A stretch of 64,000 bases of DNA from Gemmatales bacterium (GTDB lineage: Bacteria > Planctomycetota > Planctomycetia > Gemmatales > HRBIN36), in NCBI GenBank assembly GCA_041640595.1, contig JBEPZY010000006.1, positions 1 to 64,000 on the forward strand, read 5' to 3'. The notes under the pieces were generated by a model, which was not told where the DNA came from, made no database searches, and worked only from the letters and a program-made list of their open reading frames with translations. Within the stretch, counting starts at the first letter, position 1. Every line of letters starts with the position of its first letter. Below, one piece after another: positions 21,351 to 29,983 of this stretch. The position numbers and the translations under genes were made by a program.

Positions 21351-24300
21351 ATGAGCTATCATCCCGCTGCACAGACTGGGACTTTTTGCACTTACATGCC
21401 AGACCGAACAGGAACTAGTATTCCGCTGTGGTTAGAAGGGCCCAGCTATCCGCATGGGCATCCGGTGAAGATAGGTGTACCGTTTCCGCGAGGAGTACTC
21501 GACTCGAAAGAAGCCGTCTGGTTGATGGACTCAGAAGGACGGTTCGTTCCCCTGCAAACCGAAGTTCTGGCTTATTGGCCGGACAAAAGTATCCAATGGC
21601 TTCTGCTGGATTTCTGGGCCTACAAAAATGGATTGGAGCGTCAGACATGGCATTTGCACGTCGGTCGAGCTCCCTTTCCGAATCAGACCTGCTCCGTTCC
21701 TGGACCGCCTAACCGTTTGCCGGAAGTAGCACGCAGCACGACCGGGCTTCTCGAGCCAAGGGGCGAGACGCCATCGGTGGAACAATTTTCGCTCGCCGAA
21801 TCTGTTGCTGGGTATAAGCCTGCGTCCGAGCAATTCGCTCATGCTCCCTTATCAGGCCAGCAAACAATGGTGCCGACACCGGGAGCAGCGATCCGCGTCT
21901 CTCAGTTCGGTTCAAGCCTGTGGGTTGATACTGGAGCAGTACAATTCAGCCTGGACCAGGGTCGCCTCGGACCGATCCGCTTGCTACGGCCCAGCACTGT
22001 CGGCGCAGCATCTACTGAAACAGAAAGCCAGGCCAAGGGTCTGTGTGGCACAGCGTCGCTGGCTGAACTGCAGACTCGATTGAAGCTTGAACGCGGACGA
22101 TCACGGGAAATCGTCACTGATGGTTGGCAGGTCGAATATGGCGGGGCAGTACGGCTTACTCTGCGGGCTGACGGCCGGGTTCGCGGTTGTCAAGGTTTGC
22201 GGGTGCGTGCGCGTTTGAGCTTTTTTGCCGGCACCGGACTGGTTTGCTACCGCCTGACTGTGCACAATTCGAGACGGGCCAGACACCGAGGTGGCTTGTG
22301 GGATCTGGGCGATCCTGGTTCCGTGCTGGTGAAGGACCTTTCCGTCTTGCTGCGATGGGATAAGCCGATTCGGAGAGCCTCCGTTAAAGTCCAGAGCGAT
22401 GGCGGCTTGGCCGACATTTCTCCGCATCTGCAGCGCGGTATCTGGCAATTGCATCAGAACTCCAGTGGAGGCCCCAACTGGCAAAGCCGCAATCACCTGA
22501 ACCGTCATGGCCGAGTACCTTGCCGCGTGCCAGGATACGAAATTCGCGTGTTACCAACCCATTCGTCGAAGGCTTCCTTTACGGAACGGATATTCCGACG
22601 CGAGTCAGGCCATTCAGCTGCGATGATGCTGGAACAAGGTCGCCGAGCATCGCCGACGGCAGCGGTGAAAACCGATGAGTTTTGTGCCGCGGTAACAGTG
22701 CCGGAGTTCTGGCAACAGTTCCCCAAGACACTCGAAATCACTGCCAATTACTTGCGGGTCGGCCTCTGGCCTGAGGAGTGGGACGACCTGCATGAGTTGC
22801 AGGGTGGGGAACGAAAGACGCATACCGTGTGGTTCAACTTCGAGTGCATCACTCCCGGCGACAACCAGGAGGCTTCTCGATGTTTGGACGATTTGGTTGG
22901 GCCAGTCAATCAACTGGCCTGGGTACATGAGCCAATCCTGATCGTGCTGCCTCCATCAGTGTGGGCCGAGGCTGGCGTATTACCGCATTTCATCCCGGCG
23001 GGCACGGACTCGGCTCGCCGTCTGGACAAGATTCTCACCGAAGCCATTACCGGGCCGGACAGTCTCCTGCAACGGCGGGAGATTCCCGACGAGTACGGCT
23101 GGCGGAATTACGGCGATCTTTACGCCGACCACGAAAACGCCCACTATCCTGGCCCTGAGCCGGTCGTCTCCCATTACAACAATCAATTCGACGTGATTTA
23201 CGGAGCCATTTTGCAAGAGGCACGCACGGGCAATCCGCTTTGGCGAACTGTTTACGATCCACTTGCCCGCCACGTCATGGACATTGACCTGTACCACACC
23301 GAGGAGGATCGGCCTGCGTATAACGGTGGCCTGTTCTGGCCAACGGATCATTATCTCAGCGCCCAGACGGCTACACACCGCACCTATAGCCGCGCCAACC
23401 TACCGCCGAACGGAAAGCCCTACGGCGGCGGTCCGAGCCCAGAACATAATTATGCGACCGGCCTGCTCTATTACTACTGGCTCACCGGAGAACGCGACGC
23501 CCTGGAAGCAGTGTGCCAGCTGGCCGACTGGGTGCTGGCTATGGATGATGGTAGCCAGACCCCGTGGGCCATTTTCGACACAGGCCCGACCGGATTAGCC
23601 AGTGCTACACGAAGCCCGGATTACCACGGCCCCGGTCGCGGGGCTGGTAACTCCATCCAGACTTGCCTCGACGCCTGGCTAGCCACTGGCCAACAACGGT
23701 ATCTGGAGAAAGCGGAAGACCTGATTCGTCGGACCATTCATCCGGCAGACCGTGTTGAAGAACGCCAGCTGCTAAATGCCGAGGAACGCTGGTCGTACAC
23801 GATGTACCTGGTCGCCCTGGCTCGATATCTGGACTTGAAAATACGCCATGAGCAACTGGATGACATGTATCACTATGCCCAGGCTGCTCTGGTGCACTAC
23901 GCCGCCTGGATGGCCGAGCATGAACAACCCTACCTCGACCGGGCGGAACAACTGGAGTATGTCACCGAAGCCTGGCCGGCGCAGGAGCTGCGCAAGGCCA
24001 ATGTCCTGCGTCTGGCAGCACGTCACGCCCCGGAACCGCTTCGCAGCCGACTTTTGCAGCGGGCAACGGAACTGGCTGATCGCGCCTGGAGCGATTGGTC
24101 GGCTTTTCCCACGCGGATGAGCACTCGGGCCCTGGCAGTGCTTTTGGTGGAAGGCGTCCGTGATGCCTACTACCGCCAGTACCGAGAGCCGCCCGCACCC
24201 CGCCTGGCCGAACCGATGCACTTCGGCTCGCCGCAACCTTTTCTGCCCCAGCGTGAGCGAGTCCGCCGATTACTTCGACAGCCAGGAGGATGGTTGCGAA

Positions 24301-24371
24301 TACTCGGAGCCTTAATCCGTCCAACCAACTGGCTGCGTCTCATGCGCCATCTCTGGCGCCACCGCAACTAG
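21351..24371 (+). CDS. Large YetA/PcRGLX-like (exo-rhamnogalacturonan lyase-like) hypothetical protein
   Basis: GVPFPRG, WPDKSIQWLLLDF, FWQQFPK and YGWRNYGD motifs typical of RIFT-barrel plus alpha/alpha toroid proteins. Confidence 0.6.
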   Translation: MSYHPAAQTGTFCTYMPDRTGTSIPLWLEGPSYPHGHPVKIGVPFPRGVLDSKEAVWLMDSEGRFVPLQTEVLAYWPDKSIQWLLLDFWAYKNGLERQTWHLHVGRAPFPNQTCSVPGPPNRLPEVARSTTGLLEPRGETPSVEQFSLAESVAGYKPASEQFAHAPLSGQQTMVPTPGAAIRVSQFGSSLWVDTGAVQFSLDQGRLGPIRLLRPSTVGAASTETESQAKGLCGTASLAELQTRLKLERGRSREIVTDGWQVEYGGAVRLTLRADGRVRGCQGLRVRARLSFFAGTGLVCYRLTVHNSRRARHRGGLWDLGDPGSVLVKDLSVLLRWDKPIRRASVKVQSDGGLADISPHLQRGIWQLHQNSSGGPNWQSRNHLNRHGRVPCRVPGYEIRVLPTHSSKASFTERIFRRESGHSAAMMLEQGRRASPTAAVKTDEFCAAVTVPEFWQQFPKTLEITANYLRVGLWPEEWDDLHELQGGERKTHTVWFNFECITPGDNQEASRCLDDLVGPVNQLAWVHEPILIVLPPSVWAEAGVLPHFIPAGTDSARRLDKILTEAITGPDSLLQRREIPDEYGWRNYGDLYADHENAHYPGPEPVVSHYNNQFDVIYGAILQEARTGNPLWRTVYDPLARHVMDIDLYHTEEDRPAYNGGLFWPTDHYLSAQTATHRTYSRANLPPNGKPYGGGPSPEHNYATGLLYYYWLTGERDALEAVCQLADWVLAMDDGSQTPWAIFDTGPTGLASATRSPDYHGPGRGAGNSIQTCLDAWLATGQQRYLEKAEDLIRRTIHPADRVEERQLLNAEERWSYTMYLVALARYLDLKIRHEQLDDMYHYAQAALVHYAAWMAEHEQPYLDRAEQLEYVTEAWPAQELRKANVLRLAARHAPEPLRSRLLQRATELADRAWSDWSAFPTRMSTRALAVLLVEGVRDAYYRQYREPPAPRLAEPMHFGSPQPFLPQRERVRRLLRQPGGWLRILGALIRPTNWLRLMRHLWRHRN

Positions 24372-24926
24372 ATGGCCGCGAGTAGTCCGCTGCAACTCCG
24401 AATTCGCTCCGTTCGCAAAACTTTACTTACACGGTTACTTGCTGAATCAGCCGGGCGAGCTGGCCGTCGAAAACGGTATGCGTGTTATTCGACCACACTG
24501 TTCACGCCAACCCTCCAGCACCGATGATTACAGACGGCAGAACCAACACTCATGCGCAAGACCACCTTCAGGGCTAAGGTCCTGTTTACACCAGCCAGCG
24601 TGTCATGCTCAACTTTGCCCATTATTGAGTGCCGTTGCTGGCTCATTCTGGAATCGAAAGCCACGCGTTTTTAGCCGACGAGACGTTCCGCTGTGGCAAT
24701 CCCTTTGGCGGTCACCCTGTACGCACGGTTCGGATTCGACCGAAACCAACTAAGCCAAAGGTGCGCGACAAAGTGATGGTCTCCTTGCGCTTTGCGATCA
24801 CCACCAATGAGGACAAAGGCACAGAACCCACGACTACGATGCCGGGTGGCTGGCTGTTGCTCTGGCAATTTGTAACTTCCAGGATATGATGCTGCGATTG
24901 GCGAGCAAATTGGGAGCATACTGCAG

Positions 24927-26069
24927 ATGCGTCAGGTGCTGATCCGGATTCCCACGCCTTTTGGGCAGCTGCCGATTTTCTCCTTTGGCATGATGTTGCT
25001 GGTAGCGTTTCTGACCGGCACCTGGCTTGCCTCGCGTCGCGCCCGTCGGGAAAACGTCCCCACGGAGGCTTTGTGGGACATTGCTTTGTACGTGTTTTTC
25101 GCGGGTATCATTGGTGCTCGAGTATTGCATTTCATTCTCTTTCCGCAACGGGGCAATGTCTGGGAGCAATTACTTCGTTTTGTGAAAATCTGGGAAGGTG
25201 GTCTGGTCTTCTACGGGTCGCTTGCCGGCGGGCTACTCGGATTCGTTCTCGCCTACCTTTTCGTCATCCGCCGACTCGGCCTGCGCACCTGGCAAATCGC
25301 CGACATTATCGCTCCTTCCATCGCCCTGGGAATTTTTTTCGGAAGGATTGGGTGTTTCCTCAATGGTTGTTGCTTCGGTAACGTCGCGGATCCATCGGTG
25401 CCCGGTTGGTTGACAGTTCGTTTTCCGCCACTGAGTATTCCTCACCGTGCGCTGGCAGAACAGGGATATCAAACGCTGTTGGGCTTCGGTGTCCTCGGAC
25501 ACGATTCACCCGACCAGGACAGCCGTACCGTCATGTTTGTGGAGCCCGACACACCAGCAGCCCAGGCCGGGCTTAAACCTGGCGATGTCATCGTGGAATT
25601 GAACGAACAAGCCGTGGAATCCGGCGAACAATTAATGAAACGGCTCTTCGAACTAATCAGCCAGGCTGGCGGTCCTCGTGCAACACTCACGGAACTGCAC
25701 CTTTCCGTGAGCGTGCTTCGCGGCGGACAAGTTTTGCGACCTGACAGTGAAACGGGCGTGGCTACTTTTACGCCGCCTTGGAGTTTGCCACTCTACCCGA
25801 CCCAGTTGCTGAGTGCTGCTGATGGCCTGCTGTTGTGGGGGTTTTTGAGTTTGCTGTATCCGCTCCGGCGACGCTATGGGGAAATTTTCGCCATCTTTCT
25901 CGCCGCTTACGCTTTCAGCAGGTTTTTCATCGAACAGCTCCGTAGCGACACCCCCCGCATTTATTGTGGCATGACCTTCTCACAGTTAGTGAGTATCGGT
26001 CTGCTGGTTGCAGCGTGCGGATTGTGGCTGGCTCTGTATCGCTGGGGGACGAAACCGGAGAGTGCGTAA
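24927..26069 (+). CDS. lgt: Prolipoprotein diacylglyceryl transferase with inserted PDZ-like domain
   Basis: GAR, IWEGGLVFYG, GRIGCFLNGCC, YPTQL, RFFIEQLR; insert VEPDTPAAQAGLKPGDVIVELN. Confidence 0.9.
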   Translation: MRQVLIRIPTPFGQLPIFSFGMMLLVAFLTGTWLASRRARRENVPTEALWDIALYVFFAGIIGARVLHFILFPQRGNVWEQLLRFVKIWEGGLVFYGSLAGGLLGFVLAYLFVIRRLGLRTWQIADIIAPSIALGIFFGRIGCFLNGCCFGNVADPSVPGWLTVRFPPLSIPHRALAEQGYQTLLGFGVLGHDSPDQDSRTVMFVEPDTPAAQAGLKPGDVIVELNEQAVESGEQLMKRLFELISQAGGPRATLTELHLSVSVLRGGQVLRPDSETGVATFTPPWSLPLYPTQLLSAADGLLLWGFLSLLYPLRRRYGEIFAIFLAAYAFSRFFIEQLRSDTPRIYCGMTFSQLVSIGLLVAACGLWLALYRWGTKPESA

Positions 26070-27820
26070 TCTCGACCGGGTTTCGTAACCGTTTGCAATT
26101 TGGAATCAGCCCAGCAGTTCAACTTGCCCCAGACCTGCCGGCACGGTTACAACATTCATCCGAGGCAACTATGTCATCGGCACACAGGCAAACTATGCAA
26201 GTCGCGCTCAATTCGCTGGCCCGCGCAACCTGCAGGGCAAATCGCTATCCATCGCCGAAGATTAGCGACGCGGTCTTCGGCCTCTCGCTGCTTTTGTTTT
26301 GCTGCAAGATTTTTGCTCGAGCCTGGAATGGTTGCTCTCGTGAGATACCGCTCTACTTGGCGGTTCTGGTTTTCGGTTGCGCTGGCCCGGACAACTATAC
26401 TCACACGCTGGTCTTCATTTCGCCTCACCGGGATGAAATCCGTTACGAAGCGGAACACGGTTTTTCTCGCTGGCTTGCACAACAGCCCGACTGGGAACAC
26501 GCTCGCGTTCAATTTGTCTGGCGGGATATCGGTGGCGGTACCTCGCAGATCATCCGTTATTTAGACGCCCAGTACCAGACTAATCCCGCTACTTGCGGCA
26601 TTGATATTCTCTGGGGTGGCGGTACCGACATTTATCTCGATCTGAAAAGCAAAGGTCTGCTGGAACGTTGCCCATTGCCCGAGGACGTGCTGGATTTTCT
26701 CGGTCCGGGCGAATTTGCAGGTATCGAGCTGCGCGACCCTGATGGCTACTGGTATGGTTGCATGCTGACGACTCTGGGGATTTTTTACCATCGAGGAGTG
26801 CTGGCCCGGCTTGGTTTAGCCGACTGGCAACCGCAACGCTGGTGGGATTTCACCGACGAACGCCTGGCCGGGTACATTTCTGCCGGCGACCCACGCTTCA
26901 GCGGTAGCGTGCACTTGTTGTATGAGTGGATTCTGCAGGTTTACGGTTGGCAACAGGGTATGGAGCTGCTTTTGCGTTTGGGCGCTAACACGCGTGCGTT
27001 TGGCCGTTCCAGCGACAGCGTGAGTCGGGATGTAGTAATTGGAAAAGCGGCCTGCACGGGCACTCTGGATTTTTATGCCCTGACAGCAATGGCTCGCGAA
27101 CACGAGCAGGTTCGCCGCGGTTGGGCCGATTCAGTGGAGCTCGGTTTGGTTTTCCCGGTCGGCGAAACTATCCTCAATCCGGACAGCATTGCCATACTCA
27201 AAGGAGCCCCGCATGTTGAGCTGGCTCGGCTGTTTATCACCTGGTGTTTGAGCGAGGTCGGCCAGCAGACCTGGATGTTAGAGCCGATTCCTGCCGATGC
27301 TGTTGCCGAATCGCACAAGTCGGCCAGTGAAATATCGCCCCACACGTTACGGCAGCGCTATCCAGGTGCTCCGGTGCGCTACCGCATTTGTCGCCTGAGC
27401 ATTGCGGAAAAACTTTACGACCCCGCTAAATATCCGCTGGAGGTGCGGTCGGTACAGATTAATCCGTTCCAGATGCTCCGTGAGGCTCCGCCAGACCGAC
27501 CTGTTCCCCGCTATAACAATCGTCTGGCTGAGGCCCGGCGTCGTGCTCTGGACGACTTAGTGGGCGCATGGATACTTGATTCACATAGCGAATTGCGCGC
27601 TGCCTGGGAAGCGATACGTACTTTGCCTCGCCATCAACGCGCTCCGCTTGAAAAAGACCTTTTCGCCCCGCCCTGTGAGGAGTCGGTTCTTTTCGCTTTG
27701 CGATCGGACTTAGCCGACCCCCGCCGGAGGATTGCGATTGTCACCGACTGGCTCCGTCAGGCCCGCAACCGCTATCAGTCGATCCGTACTGCTGCCCAGC
27801 GTTACTTGGCAACACGTTAG
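25964..27820 (+). CDS. ABC transporter substrate-binding protein (Fe3+/polyamine/thiamine-type); real start probably downstream of 26070
   Basis: LVFISPH, DILWGGG, GDPRFSGS, NPDSIAILKGAPH; LVFGC possible lipobox. Confidence 0.75.
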   Translation: MWHDLLTVSEYRSAGCSVRIVAGSVSLGDETGECVISTGFRNRLQFGISPAVQLAPDLPARLQHSSEATMSSAHRQTMQVALNSLARATCRANRYPSPKISDAVFGLSLLLFCCKIFARAWNGCSREIPLYLAVLVFGCAGPDNYTHTLVFISPHRDEIRYEAEHGFSRWLAQQPDWEHARVQFVWRDIGGGTSQIIRYLDAQYQTNPATCGIDILWGGGTDIYLDLKSKGLLERCPLPEDVLDFLGPGEFAGIELRDPDGYWYGCMLTTLGIFYHRGVLARLGLADWQPQRWWDFTDERLAGYISAGDPRFSGSVHLLYEWILQVYGWQQGMELLLRLGANTRAFGRSSDSVSRDVVIGKAACTGTLDFYALTAMAREHEQVRRGWADSVELGLVFPVGETILNPDSIAILKGAPHVELARLFITWCLSEVGQQTWMLEPIPADAVAESHKSASEISPHTLRQRYPGAPVRYRICRLSIAEKLYDPAKYPLEVRSVQINPFQMLREAPPDRPVPRYNNRLAEARRRALDDLVGAWILDSHSELRAAWEAIRTLPRHQRAPLEKDLFAPPCEESVLFALRSDLADPRRRIAIVTDWLRQARNRYQSIRTAAQRYLATR

Positions 27821-28014
27821 AGCGCGCCTCTCGGTGCCGTGCTGAGCTAAACGATTCAGGTTCGCCAGGTTACTTAGCAACCCTTTAGAACCTGCTTTCG
27901 CCTGCCGAGATTAGTCCCTTTCGCACACACCATAACCGCGCACGGCCATGATCTGCATCGGCACCACCGCTGAAATTTCCGATCTCCCACTCAGCGGTTG
28001 CGGCCGAAAAACGT

Positions 28015-29919
28015 CTAACCACCGTGGATGCTGGCCAGGTCGCGGAGCAAAGCAGCCAGGGAAGGTTCGACCCAGTCGAGCACCGAACGAGGCCAAACAC
28101 CCAGCAGGATGGCCAGCACGACGATCGGCAAAGCACATAAGAATTCGCGGAAGGTAATCTCCGGCAAATCCGGGCTGGGCGGACGATGGCCCAGATACAC
28201 CCGCTGCAGAGTCCACAGAATATAGCCCGCGGTAATGACGACGGTAGCGGCAGCCAGGACGGCAAACACTTTACCCGCCCATTCACTGCCGGGCGGCGTA
28301 AAGTTCCAGGTGCCGAGCACGGTGAAGAATTCTCCCGGAAAACCGCAAAGTCCCGGCAAGCCCATAGCCGCGAAAAAGATGATGAAACTCAGCCCGGCAT
28401 AAAGCGGCATAGCATTGGCCAGACCACCCATGCGATCCAGGTCGCGGTGATGCAACCGGTCATAGATGACTCCGACCATAAAGAACATGCCCGGCGAACT
28501 CAGCCCATGGGCGAGCATTTGGAACATGGCACCGTTCATTCCCCAGTTCCAGAACTGCGACCGTTCCAGCGACGTCCAGATGGCAATGCCCAGCAGCACA
28601 TAACCCATGTGGCTGATGGAACTGTAGGCGACGAGTTTTTTGAAATCGGTCTGGGCCATAGCAGCAAACGCCCCGTAAACAATGCTGATTACTCCGAACA
28701 AGGCTACCCACCAGGCCAACGCATACGCCGCCCACGGGCAGATGGGGTAAGCAATACGCAGCAAACCATATCCGCCCATTTTCAGCAGGATGCCAGCCAG
28801 GATCATGCTGATCGGAGTCGGTGCCTCGACGTGAGCATCGGGCAACCAGGTGTGGAAAGGCACCATGGGTAATTTGATTGCGAAGCCGATAAATAGCAGC
28901 ACGAACATGATTAGCTGGAAAGTGGGCGAGAAAATCTGGAAACGTTCCTTCTGAGCAGCCACCTGATTGCGCAGTTGGCGGGCCTGTTCGATTCGCTGCG
29001 TGTCGCGGCTGGCCAGGGCCTGTTCGTACTGCTGTTCGACGCGCTGCCATTCGGCTTCGAGCCGTGCGGATTCCCGACCTACTTTGTGCAAAAGCAGGAT
29101 GTCGAAGGTGTTGAGCGTGGCTTCGCCGCGTGCCTGTCGTTGCCGCAACGCCTCTTCCAGAGCGCGGGCTTCCCGCTGAAGTTGCGTGCGATCCGCGTCG
29201 GATGCTTGTCCCGCTCGATGTTGCAACCAATTTACGAGTGGACGCAGATCGGCAAAGTAAAACGCGATCATCGCAATCAGGATGAGCACACTGCCGAGCA
29301 AGGTGTACAGGAAAAACTTGATAGCGGCATATTCCCGGCGTGGTCCGCCCCACAAACCGATCAGGAAATACATCGGCAGCAGCATCACTTCCCAAAAGAC
29401 GTAGAACAGGAAAAAGTCCAGGGCCAGAAACGTTCCCATCATGCCAGTTTCCAGGATCAGGAACAGAATCAGGTACCCCCGAACGGCGTTTTCGATGTTC
29501 CAGCTGGCTCCAATGGCCAGCACGCAAATCAGCGCCGTCAACACCACCAGCGATACACTGATGCCATCAGCACCGAGGAAGTAATCAATATTGAAGCGAC
29601 CAATCCAGGACCGGCGAGCCACCAGGTCAGCGTCGTTGTGTCCCCGACCAGCTTCGTTGATCCGTGCCTGATCGGCGCGTGCTGCCAGCGTATGTCCGTC
29701 CTGGCCGGTGTGCCGATAGCTGTCGAGCAACTGATACCAGTCCACAAGCAAAAACACGCTCAACAGCAACGTCAGCACGGTGCCTGCCAGGGCCACTATC
29801 CGCATCAGGTTCTCCTGGCCGCGAGGAATCAGCAATAGCAAAAGAGCAAAGAGCGAAGGGACGAAAATAATCCCAGTCATCAGCCAGAGGTCGTATTCGA
29901 AGTATGGCATAGCCAGCAT
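28015..29919 (-). CDS. nuoM: NADH-quinone oxidoreductase subunit M
   Basis: FYVFWEVMLLPMYFLIG, PFHTWLPDAHVEAP, KKLVAYSSISHMG. Confidence 0.95.
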   Translation of the reverse strand: MLAMPYFEYDLWLMTGIIFVPSLFALLLLLIPRGQENLMRIVALAGTVLTLLLSVFLLVDWYQLLDSYRHTGQDGHTLAARADQARINEAGRGHNDADLVARRSWIGRFNIDYFLGADGISVSLVVLTALICVLAIGASWNIENAVRGYLILFLILETGMMGTFLALDFFLFYVFWEVMLLPMYFLIGLWGGPRREYAAIKFFLYTLLGSVLILIAMIAFYFADLRPLVNWLQHRAGQASDADRTQLQREARALEEALRQRQARGEATLNTFDILLLHKVGRESARLEAEWQRVEQQYEQALASRDTQRIEQARQLRNQVAAQKERFQIFSPTFQLIMFVLLFIGFAIKLPMVPFHTWLPDAHVEAPTPISMILAGILLKMGGYGLLRIAYPICPWAAYALAWWVALFGVISIVYGAFAAMAQTDFKKLVAYSSISHMGYVLLGIAIWTSLERSQFWNWGMNGAMFQMLAHGLSSPGMFFMVGVIYDRLHHRDLDRMGGLANAMPLYAGLSFIIFFAAMGLPGLCGFPGEFFTVLGTWNFTPPGSEWAGKVFAVLAAATVVITAGYILWTLQRVYLGHRPPSPDLPEITFREFLCALPIVVLAILLGVWPRSVLDWVEPSLAALLRDLASIHGG

Positions 29920-29983
29920 CCCTGTTGGAAAGTGTCTGGAGAGAGCCGTTTGTTGGCGACCGGCATCACGCCATCGGTCATGG

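Noticed and set aside
24372..24926. Short ORFs in the gap before lgt
   Set aside because: No recognisable motifs, RBS or structure.
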